Below the pieces are notes generated by a model that made no database searches, was not told the DNA's origin, and saw only the letters and a list, made by a program, of their open reading frames with translations. A program made the translations under genes and the position numbers. Source: a virus (taxonomy: Duplodnaviria; Heunggongvirae; Uroviricota; Caudoviricetes). From it: 43,443 nt of DNA. The DNA lies in IMG/VR virus record IMGVR_UViG_2703718823_000009. One strand, given 5' to 3'. This document shows, in pieces, positions 10,183 to 21,803 of the stretch (the first letter of the stretch is position 1; each line of letters opens with the position of its first letter).

Positions 10183-12281
10183 AACCATCCTCCGGAAGTC
10201 AGCCAGGGGTTAACATCGTCAGTTACTGTTTTCTTCCGTTTTTGTTTTTTAACAGGCGTGGATACCGGTTCCGGTGTGGGTGACGGTTCGGTACTGTCCG
10301 GGACACACTCCAGCCAGGTTTCCCGGCTCGCCCACTCCGGTGCATCCGGCCAGCGGATCTTTTCGTATCCATGCAGAATGACCAGAGCCTCGGCATACAC
10401 CATCAGGTCAAAAGCTTCGTTGGCACCGCGACCCGGCTTACTCCATTTCCCGTCACTGCTCCGCTCTTCATACGTCAGTTCGTCGTAAAACCAGCTCCCC
10501 AGCCAGTCAGGGAAATGCACATAGCCGGGACCTGGCGAGTCACGCCATAACGCGTTATTCACCCGGTCTTTCAGGGCATCCGTCTGAAGAAGCCAGAGCG
10601 GTACATCACCTGCGGCCTGCGCCCGTCGGCCCGTTCGTCCGGTGTTATCAGGGAATGTACGGGTGATCAGTTTTGCGCGCCGGATGCTGTCGCCCTTAAA
10701 CAGGTAAATACGTTTACCAAGGCCATCACGACGGCAACGACGCCAGAATTTATAGGCATTATCAGTGACCCCGTCTTCACCGCCGGAGTCCACCGCCATT
10801 GCCATCAGTCGCATTTGTTGAGAAGGATCGGAGGCCAGCGGCCAGCTTTTATGAAAAACATCCGTCAGCAGGACATCCCAGTCTTCCGGATAGCTGGCCG
10901 GATCAATTCGCTGGCTCTCCCCGTCGCTGTCACCGCGCAATGACTGCGTGATGTTGTAACGATCAATAATCCAGCGTTCGCCACGGCTGCCATAGCCCGT
11001 TACCTGAACCACAAAACGGCGATGACGTCCCGCCTGCACATCCACTGTCGCCACAAGGAAATTAACGCCATCCGGCACACTGCGGGAAGGAACTGGCTCT
11101 GCCCGCTGCTCAAGCAATTCACTTTTTCGTTGCTCCATGCTGGCGCGGGGAAGATAAGGTAATCCCCAGTCGGTATTGATAACCGTCTTGAGTGTCTCTT
11201 CACTTCCGGTTGTCTCGTATTCCTGTTCTGCAGTAAGCAGTTTGTAAACGAGTTGCGAGAGTGTCTGATAAGCAGCTGCCGGCCCCTCCATCCAGAATGA
11301 CGCAATACGTGAACGCCGGGGATCACCATAACGACTGCCATCTGCATTGATGGATTCACCATCCCGTAACCAGACCCCACGTCCGTTCAGCTCGCGTTTT
11401 TGTTCAGGCAAAATCCGTCCTGAACAGGAAGGACACTGAATATAAGCCGCCTCACTTGCCAGCACAGGATCGGCAATATCACGGAAACCAGCAACCACAT
11501 CGCCGCAGGGCTGAAAATACTCACCACAGTGTGGACAGGGCCAGTACCAGCGACGGCGATCGCCACGGTTATAGAGCGACAGGATCCCCGTGGTTGGTGG
11601 AGCCTCATGCGGTGAAGTCCGTCGCCATTTCACATCCTTCACATCCCTGCCGGGGGAACTCTCCACCAGCGTCATACCACTGGACATAAATGTGGTGGTA
11701 CGTTTTGAGGCAAGAGAGAAGGCATCCCCCTCACCATCAATATCTTCCGGAAAACGGTCATAATCCGTCAGCGCCACGCATTTATAATCTGATGAAGACA
11801 TGATATTGACTGACGGCCAGCCGATTTTCAGGTAGTTGCCAGCAAGGAATGTTCTGTCATAAACGTTGTTGTCATTTTTGTTCGGACTCAGGCGACTGAC
11901 CACTTCCGGGCTGACGCGAAACGTTCTGGCGAGTCGTTTTTTGGAGTGTTCGCGGGCTTTTTCCTCCGTCATCTGAATGATCAGCATATCAGCAGGATCG
12001 CAAATCACGTTGTAAATCACCCAGCCGTCAATCAGGCCGATAGTCTTGCCGGTTCGTGCCGGGCCAACAAATATCACTGCGTCGTATTCACGCGAGGCCA
12101 GGCAGTTCATAGGCTCAATAACATACGGTGCCACCAGCGGATCCCACGGGACTGAGTTCCCTGCCCCCATGGGCACCCGCATATACTGAGCAACGGCATC
12201 AGCAACCCGCATTCGTCTCGGTGCGCGAAGGATATAACCTGAATCGGTTCGTGCTGCCTTTGCGGTTTCCTGATTCAGCAT
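10179..12281 (-). CDS. terminase large subunit (gpA-like)
   Basis: 700-aa protein with lambda gpA-like organisation; AGGAGGA RBS; start overlaps TerS stop. Confidence 0.9.
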   Translation of the reverse strand: MLNQETAKAARTDSGYILRAPRRMRVADAVAQYMRVPMGAGNSVPWDPLVAPYVIEPMNCLASREYDAVIFVGPARTGKTIGLIDGWVIYNVICDPADMLIIQMTEEKAREHSKKRLARTFRVSPEVVSRLSPNKNDNNVYDRTFLAGNYLKIGWPSVNIMSSSDYKCVALTDYDRFPEDIDGEGDAFSLASKRTTTFMSSGMTLVESSPGRDVKDVKWRRTSPHEAPPTTGILSLYNRGDRRRWYWPCPHCGEYFQPCGDVVAGFRDIADPVLASEAAYIQCPSCSGRILPEQKRELNGRGVWLRDGESINADGSRYGDPRRSRIASFWMEGPAAAYQTLSQLVYKLLTAEQEYETTGSEETLKTVINTDWGLPYLPRASMEQRKSELLEQRAEPVPSRSVPDGVNFLVATVDVQAGRHRRFVVQVTGYGSRGERWIIDRYNITQSLRGDSDGESQRIDPASYPEDWDVLLTDVFHKSWPLASDPSQQMRLMAMAVDSGGEDGVTDNAYKFWRRCRRDGLGKRIYLFKGDSIRRAKLITRTFPDNTGRTGRRAQAAGDVPLWLLQTDALKDRVNNALWRDSPGPGYVHFPDWLGSWFYDELTYEERSSDGKWSKPGRGANEAFDLMVYAEALVILHGYEKIRWPDAPEWASRETWLECVPDSTEPSPTPEPVSTPVKKQKRKKTVTDDVNPWLTSGGWL

Positions 12282-12775
12282 TACTCCTCCTGCTGTAATT
12301 CCTCCTCATCATCCGCACCTGCTTCAGTCACCCGCAGGGCTATCTGATCGCGCAGATCATCAATAATGGACTGAACACGGCTCACAGCGGCAGGCTGCAG
12401 ACCGCAGTCACGTTCAAGAATATCCGGTAATGTCTCCAGCACCTGCACGACCGCTTTTGCCCAGATGGCAAACTCCCGTCTGACATCACTGGCCGGAATG
12501 AGTTGTGCCGTTTCCTGTTCGAACTTAAGACGCTCACGTTCAGACTGATACCAGGCTTTGCGCTCATGCGCGTCCATTTCGCCTTCTGCAACCGGCGGTG
12601 GTAATGCCAGAAATGCCGACACAATATCAACCACCCGATAAAGCTTGAGGTTGCTTTCATGCCCCCCTGCAACGGGTAGATTTTGCAGCCTTGCCGCAGC
12701 AGTCTGGCGATGTACACCTGACAATGCCGCCAGTTGACTGATATTCAGCGTCAGATTTTTTAACTCTCGATCCAT
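12281..12775 (-). CDS. terminase small subunit (Nu1-like, HTH N-terminus)
   Basis: 164-aa ORF immediately upstream of TerL with an acidic C-terminus; cos-like sequence about 180 nt upstream. Confidence 0.75.
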   Translation of the reverse strand: MDRELKNLTLNISQLAALSGVHRQTAAARLQNLPVAGGHESNLKLYRVVDIVSAFLALPPPVAEGEMDAHERKAWYQSERERLKFEQETAQLIPASDVRREFAIWAKAVVQVLETLPDILERDCGLQPAAVSRVQSIIDDLRDQIALRVTEAGADDEEELQQEE

Positions 12776-12949
12776 ACCCGCTCCAGAATGTTTTAAACAT
12801 GCATCTTGCGAACAACTTTAGGCAAACGGTGTTAGTGATGAACAAAAAACAATCAGAATCGACACCATAAAAATAAAACAACTGTAATATCAATCAATTA
12901 CAGTAGTGGTGATGACGAATAAAATTTCAAAAACTAGCCTTTTTCCGCG

Positions 12950-12961
12950 ACGCTCCCGCCC
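12950..12961 (-). other. cos site (cosN-like 12-mer with adjacent cosB-like sequence)
   Basis: Minus strand reads GGGCGGGAGCGTCGCGG...GAAATTTT...TTCGTCAT, close to lambda GGGCGGCGACCTCGCGG...GAAAATTTT...TTCGTCAT, about 180 nt upstream of TerS. Confidence 0.55.
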
Positions 12962-13328
12962 CGTGGCAGGGGCCCCACCGGGAGGACCCGACAGCCTGAC
13001 AGCCGTGACGAGCATCTGATACAGCGCTTTACATAATGGCATAGGAATAATTCAGAAGGACATCACAGCATGCCCACACAAATTAGTGTGAGTGTCCTGT
13101 TTCTTCCTACGCACAGGACTGACGAGCATGAGGGGAAAATATGCGAACCATAAATGCCTCATCTTCAGCAATGCAGCCGGCATCCGAACAGGACGATATT
13201 GTAAATTCACCTAATTACGAGGACATTGCAGTAGTTGAATTGCAGCTCTGTATTAGCATGACAGTGACAGAATGCGACATTGACTCTGTCACAGGTGAAA
13301 TAGTTTGAATGATTAGCAGTTATGGTGC

Positions 13329-13535
13329 TCAGTCAACCACCAGGGAATAATCCTTCGAATTCTTATCGTGCTTCACCAACGCTGCCTCAATTGCCCTGAA
13401 TGCTTCCAGAGACACCTGATGTTCTATACATGCAATTACAACATCCGGGTAACTCATAGAAATGGTGCTATTAAGCATATTTTTTACACGAATCAGATCC
13501 AACGAGAGTTCATCAGCAGATTGTTCTTTATTCAT
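13329..13535 (-). CDS. small hypothetical prophage protein (68 aa)
   Basis: ORF with ATG start; no function assigned. Confidence 0.4.
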   Translation of the reverse strand: MNKEQSADELSLDLIRVKNMLNSTISMSYPDVVIACIEHQVSLEAFRAIEAALVKHDKNSKDYSLVVD

Positions 13536-13835
13536 TTTGTCGCTCCATGCGTTTGCTCGTCATCTAGCGGTTAAAATATTACTTCAAATCTTTCTGCATA
13601 AAAGAGGAAAAGTATGAAAGTTTGAGTACATCGACCTTACATACATCTGTCGGTTGCATATCCCTCCTGGATGCCAGCAAGGCTCAACTTTGTTACGCAA
13701 TCAACACTATTCATTAAAAACAGGCTTAATATTTGACATAAATCATCAACAAAACACAAAGAGGTCAGACCAGATTGAAACAATAAACACGATAATGCAA
13801 ACTACGCGCTATCGTATCACATGGAAGGTTTACCA

Positions 13836-14246
13836 ATGGCTCAGGCTGCCATTTTTAAAGAAATATTCGATCAAGTGCGTAAAGATTTAAACTGTGAATT
13901 ATTTTATTCTGAGCTAAAACGTCACAATGTCTCACTTTATATTTACTATTTAGCCACAGATAATATTCACATTGTGTTAGAAAACGACAACATAGTGTTA
14001 GTAAAAGGACTCAAAAAGGTTGTAAATGTTAAATTCTCCAGAAACAAACATCTTATAGAGACCTCCTATAATAAGTTGAAATCAAAAGAAATCACATTTC
14101 AACAATACAGGGAAAATCTTGCTAAAGCAGGAGTTTTCCGATGGGTTACAAATATCCAGGAACACCAAAGATATTACTATGCCTTTGATAACTCATTACT
14201 ATTTACTGAAAGCATCCAGAAAACTACACAGATCTTACCACGCTAA
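13836..14246 (+). CDS. DUF1398 family protein (YdfO/YbcV-like)
   Basis: [33 protein letters not shown]... matches recalled YbcV/YdfO prophage proteins. Confidence 0.6.
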   Translation: MAQAAIFKEIFDQVRKDLNCELFYSELKRHNVSLYIYYLATDNIHIVLENDNIVLVKGLKKVVNVKFSRNKHLIETSYNKLKSKEITFQQYRENLAKAGVFRWVTNIQEHQRYYYAFDNSLLFTESIQKTTQILPR

Positions 14247-14397
14247 ACCATAACGTCCGGCTTCTCTCACTCCTGAGCCGGACTGCATTGGTTTAATAAA
14301 AACCATCAACAATTGTGATTTAGATATTCGGAACCATTCAAATATAACAAAACCCCGTAAAAACGAGGTTTATGGATAAATTTTATTATTGAATACA

Positions 14398-14574
14398 TCA
14401 GATTAAATTAATCTTGACATCATAGCTTTCAAGACCCGTCATTTTTTCCCGTGCGGTAAACTGAATACTGGTAACTTCTTTCCCGGTCTTTTTCTTAAGT
14501 TCAATAATTTTTTTTGTTATATATTCAGAAATATCTGCTTCTGCTTTTGTTTTTAAGTCTTCAATATTCATCAT
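14398..14574 (-). CDS. gnsB: GnsA/GnsB family small protein
   Basis: 58-aa ORF MMNIEDLKTKAEADISEYITKKIIELKKKTGKEV...FTAREKMTGLESYDVKI, AGAGGA RBS; below the 60-aa ORF-track cutoff. Confidence 0.7.
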   Translation of the reverse strand: MMNIEDLKTKAEADISEYITKKIIELKKKTGKEVTSIQFTAREKMTGLESYDVKINLI

Positions 14575-14742
14575 TTCCTCTTTTAGTCTGTTATGACTTT
14601 CCAGTTACACAGTAAGTCGATTATATGGTGCAAACGTGTAAAAGATAAGATGAAACATCGCAATAATCAACATACGATAGTCTAAATTTTACACAAACAG
14701 ACAAAGAGAATTTTCCTGAATTATCAATGCAATAGCATCAAA

Positions 14743-14973
14743 TCAACTCAAGAGCCTTATTGCTGCTTCCAGAATTTCTTCTGAAGTGACATGTCGATCC
14801 GCGGCTACATAAATGACTTTATGATCTCCGGTCAGAGATGGAAACCCTGCGGCCATTACAGTAAGGTGTGTTTTTTCGCCATTTGGATATTCACGCATGA
14901 TGGTGTTAACTCCAGTCATCGCTGGCACTACCACTGCTGGTTCAGAGTTAAAAAAAACTATGATTTTTTTCAT
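14743..14973 (-). CDS. hypothetical protein (76 aa from ATG at 14973)
   Basis: ORF between gns and cspI; no clear RBS. Confidence 0.35.
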   Translation of the reverse strand: MKKIIVFFNSEPAVVVPAMTGVNTIMREYPNGEKTHLTVMAAGFPSLTGDHKVIYVAADRHVTSEEILEAAIRLLS

Positions 14974-15244
14974 GATGTTACCGTAGTATGTGAGTATCCA
15001 TCGAATAGACACCAAGCAAAAAAGCTCCCGAAGGAGCCTTCATTTTCACTTTTTTAAATCCAACGACAGACGGCTGGCATTTAAGTATTGTGAAATATTA
15101 TCAAATGTAATCATCATTGATTTACAAAAGATACATTTTGCCCCGAAAGGATTCATGTCAGAAACATCAAAAGATGATGTTCTATACTGGGAACCATGAC
15201 AACACGGGCATCTAAAGTGAATATGGTTTGTAATATTGTCTACC

Positions 15245-15457
15245 TCAAAGCGCCACTACATGAACAGCGGCAGGACCTTTAGGTCCGTTCTCAATACCAA
15301 ATTCAACTTCCTGATTCTCAGTTAATGTTTTGAAATCGTTGCTCTGAATTGCTGAGAAATGGACAAACACATCTTTGCTGCCATCTTTCGGCGTGATGAA
15401 ACCAAAACCTTTTTCAGGGTTAAACCATTTCACTAAACCAGTCATTTTGTTAGACAT
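15245..15457 (-). CDS. cspI: cold shock protein CspI-like
   Basis: [38 protein letters not shown]..., classic CspA-family sequence. Confidence 0.9.
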   Translation of the reverse strand: MSNKMTGLVKWFNPEKGFGFITPKDGSKDVFVHFSAIQSNDFKTLTENQEVEFGIENGPKGPAAVHVVAL

Positions 15458-15818
15458 AATTATTACCTTTTGAAGAAATTAGCCCTTGGGCAGAATGGTC
15501 CGAAAAAAATATCAGAGAGAAAAACCAACAAGGAAATCTCAAGAGGTACAAATAATAAAATTATAACAATGACTGCTTCAGATAAATTTGTAACAAACCA
15601 GAACACCATTAACGCATGATTAACCACCCATAGCAAGGATTACTTTTGTAAAGAAAAACACAGCAATGAAAGAATAGCTTTATTTATTAATAAAACGTGT
15701 CATTCTGATTAAGACCTTTTATCTTACCCTTAAGATTTCAGGAATTTTGGCTCATGGAAGAGTCCTTTTTATTTAAATTTTACATTCCGCGATGTAAATG
15801 TTCCGATTTAATATTACC

Positions 15819-16842
<1,024 letters not shown>

Positions 16843-16846
<4 letters not shown>

Positions 16847-17154
16847 ATATATTTATGATGAGGACGCTCGTGCTTATTGGCAGGATTTTCAATCTTAAAG
16901 GAGTACTGATGCTGCAGATAAGACTCAACTTTTTCTGACAATTTTTCTGCTACTTCCAGGAAGACTTGCCGGACGCTCCTTCTGGCTGCTGCCTCATAAA
17001 ACTCCAGCGCAGCTCCTTCAACACGGTCCATGGCGACATCCAGGCCAAAAATTTCACCGTCAAAGCGTTCTTTGTCCTGTAAGGCTACAGTTACCGTAAC
17101 TTTATTCTCAAAATTACGGACTCCTTTCACAACCAGTTCATAGTCTTGAGTCAT
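16843..17154 (-). CDS. YdfR-like protein (DUF1327-type, unknown function)
   Basis: 103-aa soluble protein between holin and endolysin; strong AGAGGAGA RBS. Confidence 0.5.
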
Positions 17155-17158
17155 TGGA

Positions 17159-17374
17159 TTACTCTCCTCTCGCAGCCTTACGCCTGTCTTCTTTAATCTT
17201 GAAATAAAGATTTGTCAGATACGTCAGCAGGCCAAAAACCAGGCTACCCAGCACACCGATTGCAGCCCACTGTGACGGAGTTACTTTATCGAGTAACTGC
17301 AATGCCCAGAAACCAGCATTACCCGCCGATGTGCCATAGGCAACACCTGTTGTTAACTTATCCATTGATTTCAT
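17159..17374 (-). CDS. class II holin / pinholin (phage 21 S-like)
   Basis: [71 protein letters not shown]; dual-start motif; GGTGAGG RBS. Confidence 0.8.
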   Translation of the reverse strand: MKSMDKLTTGVAYGTSAGNAGFWALQLLDKVTPSQWAAIGVLGSLVFGLLTYLTNLYFKIKEDRRKAARGE

Positions 17375-17593
17375 ATCCTCACCCCGATGTACACGGATGG
17401 TGCAATATGTTTGAAAAGATCGGAGTCTACGGGGTAGTTTTGACAGCACACGTTGTTCTCAACGGCGCTAAAGAAACATACACATTAAAAATGTGAGTAA
17501 TTATTTTGAAAGAAAGTCATATATAAAATAATAATACGAGAAATGTTTTCATATTTAGTGTACTGTATACGGCCATTTATACAGGAAAAGCCT

Positions 17594-17764
17594 ATGTCAG
17601 AACGTAAAGACTCAAAATCACGCCGTAATTATCTCGTTAAATGTTCCTGCCCAAACTGCACCCAAGAGTCAGAACACAGTTTTTCAAGAGTACAAAAAGG
17701 TGCCCTTTTGATCTGCCCTCATTGCAACAAAGTATTCCAGACAAATCTTAAAGCTGTAGCCTGA
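17594..17764 (+). CDS. small zinc-ribbon protein (56 aa, two CxxC pairs)
   Basis: MSERKDSKSRRNYLVKCSCPNCTQ...ICPHCNKVF; AGGA RBS; plus-strand gene inside the minus-strand late region. Confidence 0.4.
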   Translation: MSERKDSKSRRNYLVKCSCPNCTQESEHSFSRVQKGALLICPHCNKVFQTNLKAVA

Positions 17765-17820
17765 TTGATTTTATTAGTAACAAGTATTTTTATATTTTAA
17801 TAATATATTTAAAGCAGATA

Positions 17821-17847
17821 ATAAAAAACCCGCCTGAGCGGGTTTGA
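17821..17847 (-). terminator. intrinsic terminator (bidirectional hairpin)
   Basis: AAACCCGC-CTGA-GCGGGTTT hairpin with a U-tract on the minus strand. Confidence 0.55.
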
Positions 17848-18126
17848 GATTGTGGTGCTTTTTGTGGGAGTCATCCACTTACGCACTTTGTTTTGCCATG
17901 CCAGCAGTTAGCTTCTGCTGTAAAACTATTCATGCAGCAAACCTGCACTTCACCACAATGGTTAGCATACTTTTCCTGATTAAGATTTTGCCAAATATGC
18001 TGGCCATTGTTTCATGTATTGGACCTCCTTAATTTTTATTAAAGAAATCCAATATTCACTACTCTGTCCGTATCTCTACTCAGGCATCAGCCTTCTTCGT
18101 TATCGTATACAGACGAGCGATGAATT

Positions 18127-18342
18127 TTAATCAGTAATGATGACATTTACTGCTGCAGGACCTTTAGCACCACTCTCTATAGAGAAGGTAACCTTTTGAC
18201 CTTCAAATAAGGTTCGATAATTATCATTCTGAATCGCAGAAAAATGCACAAACACATCTTTACTACCATCAACAGGAGAAATAAAGCCGAAACCTTTATC
18301 AGCGTTAAACCATTTTACTAAACCAGTCATTTTATTTGACAT
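18127..18342 (-). CDS. cspB: cold shock protein CspB-like
   Basis: [51 protein letters not shown]... Confidence 0.85.
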   Translation of the reverse strand: MSNKMTGLVKWFNADKGFGFISPVDGSKDVFVHFSAIQNDNYRTLFEGQKVTFSIESGAKGPAAVNVIITD

Positions 18343-18883
18343 TCTACATTCCTTAACTTGAGCCTTTCGGCATAAATGGTTTGCATAACAGAAACGACTT
18401 CGTACTTAATTGGAGAGACTCAAAGAAGGAATAAGTGAATAACACCTGAAATGAGAACTGCTTTAGTAAACTACTTCGTATATCGTCTGTTCTTCAAACC
18501 GACGCAGTCATTAACTCATAGTTGAACATATGAAGCAATGTTTATTTTAGACATCCAGACACCTTCAACCCTATCAACAAAGTAGTTTTCTCCAGGAACG
18601 TGTGTATGGTGCACCAGGTTATCAGTATTAAGGAGTTTTTCTGTCCCCTAAAATGACAGGAATTGTCAAAAACTTTGACTACAAAAGCAGCAAAGGTCTT
18701 ATATTCCCATCCGATGGCGTATCGATGCCCAGCTTCACGTTTCAGCTCTCAATCTTCGAGATGCAGAAGAAATTACCACAGGATTACGCGTGGAATTTTG
18801 CCGGATAAATGGTTCGCGTGGACCTTCAACTCCCAATGTTTATCCCGGGATGAGATTCAATATCTCTATTGCCCCATTTAAAG

Positions 18884-18910
18884 CACAAAAACCCGCTTAT
18901 CAGCGGGTTT
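18884..18910 (-). terminator. intrinsic terminator downstream of Q (candidate tR')
   Basis: AAACCCGC-TTATCA-GCGGGTTT hairpin followed on the minus strand by TTTTGTG; about 110 nt downstream of the Q stop. Confidence 0.5.
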
Positions 18911-19017
18911 TCTACTTTTTTCTAAACGTCGGATACACAAAGCCCATCGTTGAGAAAATCTTATCCATGTTTTTTGAAAAATGCAAACATCATGTCGCCA
19001 TCTTCAGCAAAAATCAT

Positions 19018-19770
19018 TTATCTCGTCACCTTCCTCAATTGCGCTTCCGCGTATGCTTCTTCCTGCCAGCACTTTGTTACCAGTTTATCAATGACGTCCG
19101 CATACCCCTTATACCACTGATAATCGGTCAGGTCTGGTACCAGCTTCTGGACATGACGTCGTGCCAGCGTGGTCGGTAAACGACTAAACCGGTTTCCATT
19201 ACAACGCCCACAAATCTTATATACCGGTACGCCATGAAACCGGGTTCTTTTTTCATCCAGAACAATCCCTTTACCCTTACACCCTCTGCACGCTGTGCTG
19301 ACTTCGCCCTTACCATGGCAATGCTGACATAGTTCCTTCACCCATTCTTCCTTGATTACAGATTCCCCGCGTCTGTAGTGTTTCACCACTTCGCGCAATA
19401 CATTATAAAATCCCGTACCTGAACAATGCTCACAGCGAGCCTTACTTGCCGCAGACCTGGAGTAATCAGCAAAGGCAAAACTCACGAGGTAAGGAATAAT
19501 CTGTAACCGGATTTCTTCACTCAATTTGTTCAATGTCGGGTTATCCAGTGCCATCGCGTAATTTAGCAGGCCTTCAATCGCAAACTGAGGGTCCTGAACA
19601 CCAACTTTTGCCAGAAATAAGGCCAACCCAAGTGGTGCTTTCGACTGCACCATCCCCTGCGCTGCCATTACATCCGTAATTGTTAAACAACCGGTGCCTG
19701 TCGCTGGAGAGTCATCGCTCAATTTTGGAGATTTTGGGGAGTAATATTTTGGTAAGGCTTCAAGGTTCAT
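19018..19770 (-). CDS. late antiterminator Q (QuuQ-like) with four DnaJ-type CxxCxGxG repeats
   Basis: 250 aa from ATG at 19770 (GTGGAG RBS); repeats [32 protein letters not shown]. Confidence 0.7.
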   Translation of the reverse strand: MNLEALPKYYSPKSPKLSDDSPATGTGCLTITDVMAAQGMVQSKAPLGLALFLAKVGVQDPQFAIEGLLNYAMALDNPTLNKLSEEIRLQIIPYLVSFAFADYSRSAASKARCEHCSGTGFYNVLREVVKHYRRGESVIKEEWVKELCQHCHGKGEVSTACRGCKGKGIVLDEKRTRFHGVPVYKICGRCNGNRFSRLPTTLARRHVQKLVPDLTDYQWYKGYADVIDKLVTKCWQEEAYAEAQLRKVTR

Positions 19771-19783
19771 GCTCGTTCTCCAC

Positions 19784-20833
19784 TTACGCCAGTACGCCAA
19801 TTGCCAGCGCGCGATCGATAAAACGAAATATCAGCTCCAGTTGGGAGCCATACTTCTCTTCAAATGCCACTGTATCCCTATGCAGCTCGTTGTGATGCTT
19901 TCTGCACAAAGGCAACACAAAGAGATCATGTGCTTTTGTTCCCATTCCGCCCTGCCCGTGACCAATCAGATGATGCGGATCGTCGGCTGGCATACCGCAG
20001 CAAGCACACGGCTGTGTCTTAACCCAACGTGTGTATTTCTCCTTAACCCAGCGGCGACGTTTAGGCAGCTTCATGAAAGATTCCGGAGACTCTGGATCAA
20101 CGGTGATGCTTACCACCGTCTTTTCCTGTGGTAGTTTTTGTTGCTGGTGGGCGTAAGGCAACGGTGCAAGATTTTTTGTGCGTTGTTTCAATATGCTGGT
20201 GGCGGTCTGCTCTCCCGGTACGATGTCGCTCTCGCGGTACACCGAGCAGATTTTTTCCGCTGGTAATCCCAGCGAACGACGTAATACCGCTTCCGGTAGC
20301 GCGTCCGCCACCTGATTGCGGACCGCCCACCAGGATAATTCAGCCAGAGATAATTCACGTTCCTGCGTACCGCTTATTGCGTGACGGATGACGTCAATCA
20401 CCCATGCTGTCAGATTTTGTTGAGCAAGCAGATCCAGTGATTCCGATGTCTGGTCACGCAGTTGGTTGTCGCAGTGCCAACACAACACCATTGCGCCGGT
20501 ACCATAACGGTGAATGACTGTTTCAGAGTGATGGTAATCGCCATTAGGCCACTGGCAGGATGTAACATGACGTAATAGCCAGTCAGACAATGCGCCAACG
20601 CCGCCAGCAGCACGAATCACCCGTTCGTTACTAAAAAACGGCAGCAATGTTTTGTCTTCCGCCAGCGGCTGGCGAACGGCAGGAACGACTCCGGATGGCA
20701 GATTACGCATGCTTTTTGGTTCCGGTTCCACCAGCACTCGAGGATTATGAAATATCTGTATGGATTCACGGCCCGGCTTAAGGACCACCAGCCCAAGCTC
20801 AGGCACCAGAACAGGTCTAAGTAATACCCGCAC
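19784..20833 (-). CDS. DUF968 protein (YdfU-like, HNH-like motif)
   Basis: GTG at 20833 with GGAGG 5 nt upstream; C-terminal ...CACCG...HHLIGHGQGG...CRKHHNELH. Confidence 0.65.
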   Translation of the reverse strand: MRVLLRPVLVPELGLVVLKPGRESIQIFHNPRVLVEPEPKSMRNLPSGVVPAVRQPLAEDKTLLPFFSNERVIRAAGGVGALSDWLLRHVTSCQWPNGDYHHSETVIHRYGTGAMVLCWHCDNQLRDQTSESLDLLAQQNLTAWVIDVIRHAISGTQERELSLAELSWWAVRNQVADALPEAVLRRSLGLPAEKICSVYRESDIVPGEQTATSILKQRTKNLAPLPYAHQQQKLPQEKTVVSITVDPESPESFMKLPKRRRWVKEKYTRWVKTQPCACCGMPADDPHHLIGHGQGGMGTKAHDLFVLPLCRKHHNELHRDTVAFEEKYGSQLELIFRFIDRALAIGVLA

Positions 20834-20834
20834 G

Positions 20835-21113
20835 TTACCTCCAGATCCGTTGCTGGAAAGTGCGGGACGCACGTGGTGGGCGTTCGGAGTAAGGCAATCT
20901 GACTGAGATTATCCAGTGACGGTAGTCGAGGCTAAGGGCTTTCTTAACCTCGTATCCGCGCCTGCGGTAACACTGAATTATCCATTCAGCCTGCTCTTCA
21001 GTGCATGGAGGGTGTTGGAACCATTCAGACTTGAATGCGTGAGAATACCGCTCGTGCGTGCAGACAAGAACGGGCGAATTATCAGAATTGTAATATTTTA
21101 CGTTGCGTGCCAT
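20835..21113 (-). CDS. hypothetical prophage protein (92 aa)
   Basis: ATG with GGAG RBS; stop abuts the DUF968 start. Confidence 0.45.
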   Translation of the reverse strand: MARNVKYYNSDNSPVLVCTHERYSHAFKSEWFQHPPCTEEQAEWIIQCYRRRGYEVKKALSLDYRHWIISVRLPYSERPPRASRTFQQRIWR

Positions 21114-21179
21114 CGGTTTTCTCCGGTGGCACGGTGTTACTCAGCGGGAGTTCAGCCCCGCGCAAGATTGTAGATGAGT

Positions 21180-21431
21180 TTATTCTTCTGCAAAAGCTGA
21201 AAAGCCTGCTTTTATTCCGATCTCTTTCAGTGCCTGTAATGAAGTGACAAACTCACCTTCGCGCAAGATAAATCCGTCCGTGACCCGAGCATCCACAAAA
21301 TTAATTAACGCAGCCCCATTCTTTCGCAAACACAGAATGCGGTAATGACTAACAATGTTTCCATTTTCAACGCACACAGCATAGAGGCCATCTTCACAAA
21401 AAATTTTACGCAGTTCTTCGATGTTCATCAT
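21180..21431 (-). CDS. hypothetical prophage protein (83 aa)
   Basis: ATGATG start with GGAAGGA RBS. Confidence 0.45.
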   Translation of the reverse strand: MMNIEELRKIFCEDGLYAVCVENGNIVSHYRILCLRKNGAALINFVDARVTDGFILREGEFVTSLQALKEIGIKAGFSAFAEE

Positions 21432-21550
21432 CAGAATCCTTCCGGATAATTAGCTCTCCCCTTTAAGGGACCATCCCTCTTATCCCTGCGCGCTACTTAA
21501 GTATTTTTGATTCTATTCCGGCACCGTCCAGAACTTCAAACGCGTTGAAA

Positions 21551-21579
21551 ATAAAAACAAAAACCCGCCGAAGCGGGTT
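21551..21579 (-). terminator. intrinsic terminator downstream of hok
   Basis: AACCCGC-CGAA-GCGGGTT hairpin followed on the minus strand by TTTGTTTTTAT. Confidence 0.55.
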
Positions 21580-21647
21580 AAGTGCGGGTGCGTTGAGGAT
21601 GCCTGCCACATCAGAGGTGGCGAGGGATTTCTCCCTCGCCGGGTCTC

Positions 21648-21803
21648 TTACTCCTCAGGTTCGTAAGCTGTGAAGACAGCGACCTCCGTCTGGCCGGTTC
21701 GGATTCGTACCTCGCAGAGGTCTTTCCTCGTTACCAGTGCCGTCACTATGACGGTTAAACAGATGACGATCAGGGCGATTAACATCGCCTTTTGCTGCTT
21801 CAT
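21648..21803 (-). CDS. hokD: Hok-family type I toxin (HokD-like)
   Basis: MKQQKAMLIALIVICLTVIVTALVTRKDLCEVRIRTGQTEVAVFTAYEPEE; AAGGAGA RBS; upstream in-frame extension corresponds to the mok region; sok antisense RNA expected on the plus strand near 21800-21900 but not delineated. Confidence 0.9.
   Translation of the reverse strand: MKQQKAMLIALIVICLTVIVTALVTRKDLCEVRIRTGQTEVAVFTAYEPEE

Noticed and set aside
18790-19179. Plus-strand 129-aa ORF overlapping Q
   Set aside because: Overlaps the Q gene on the opposite strand; no RBS.
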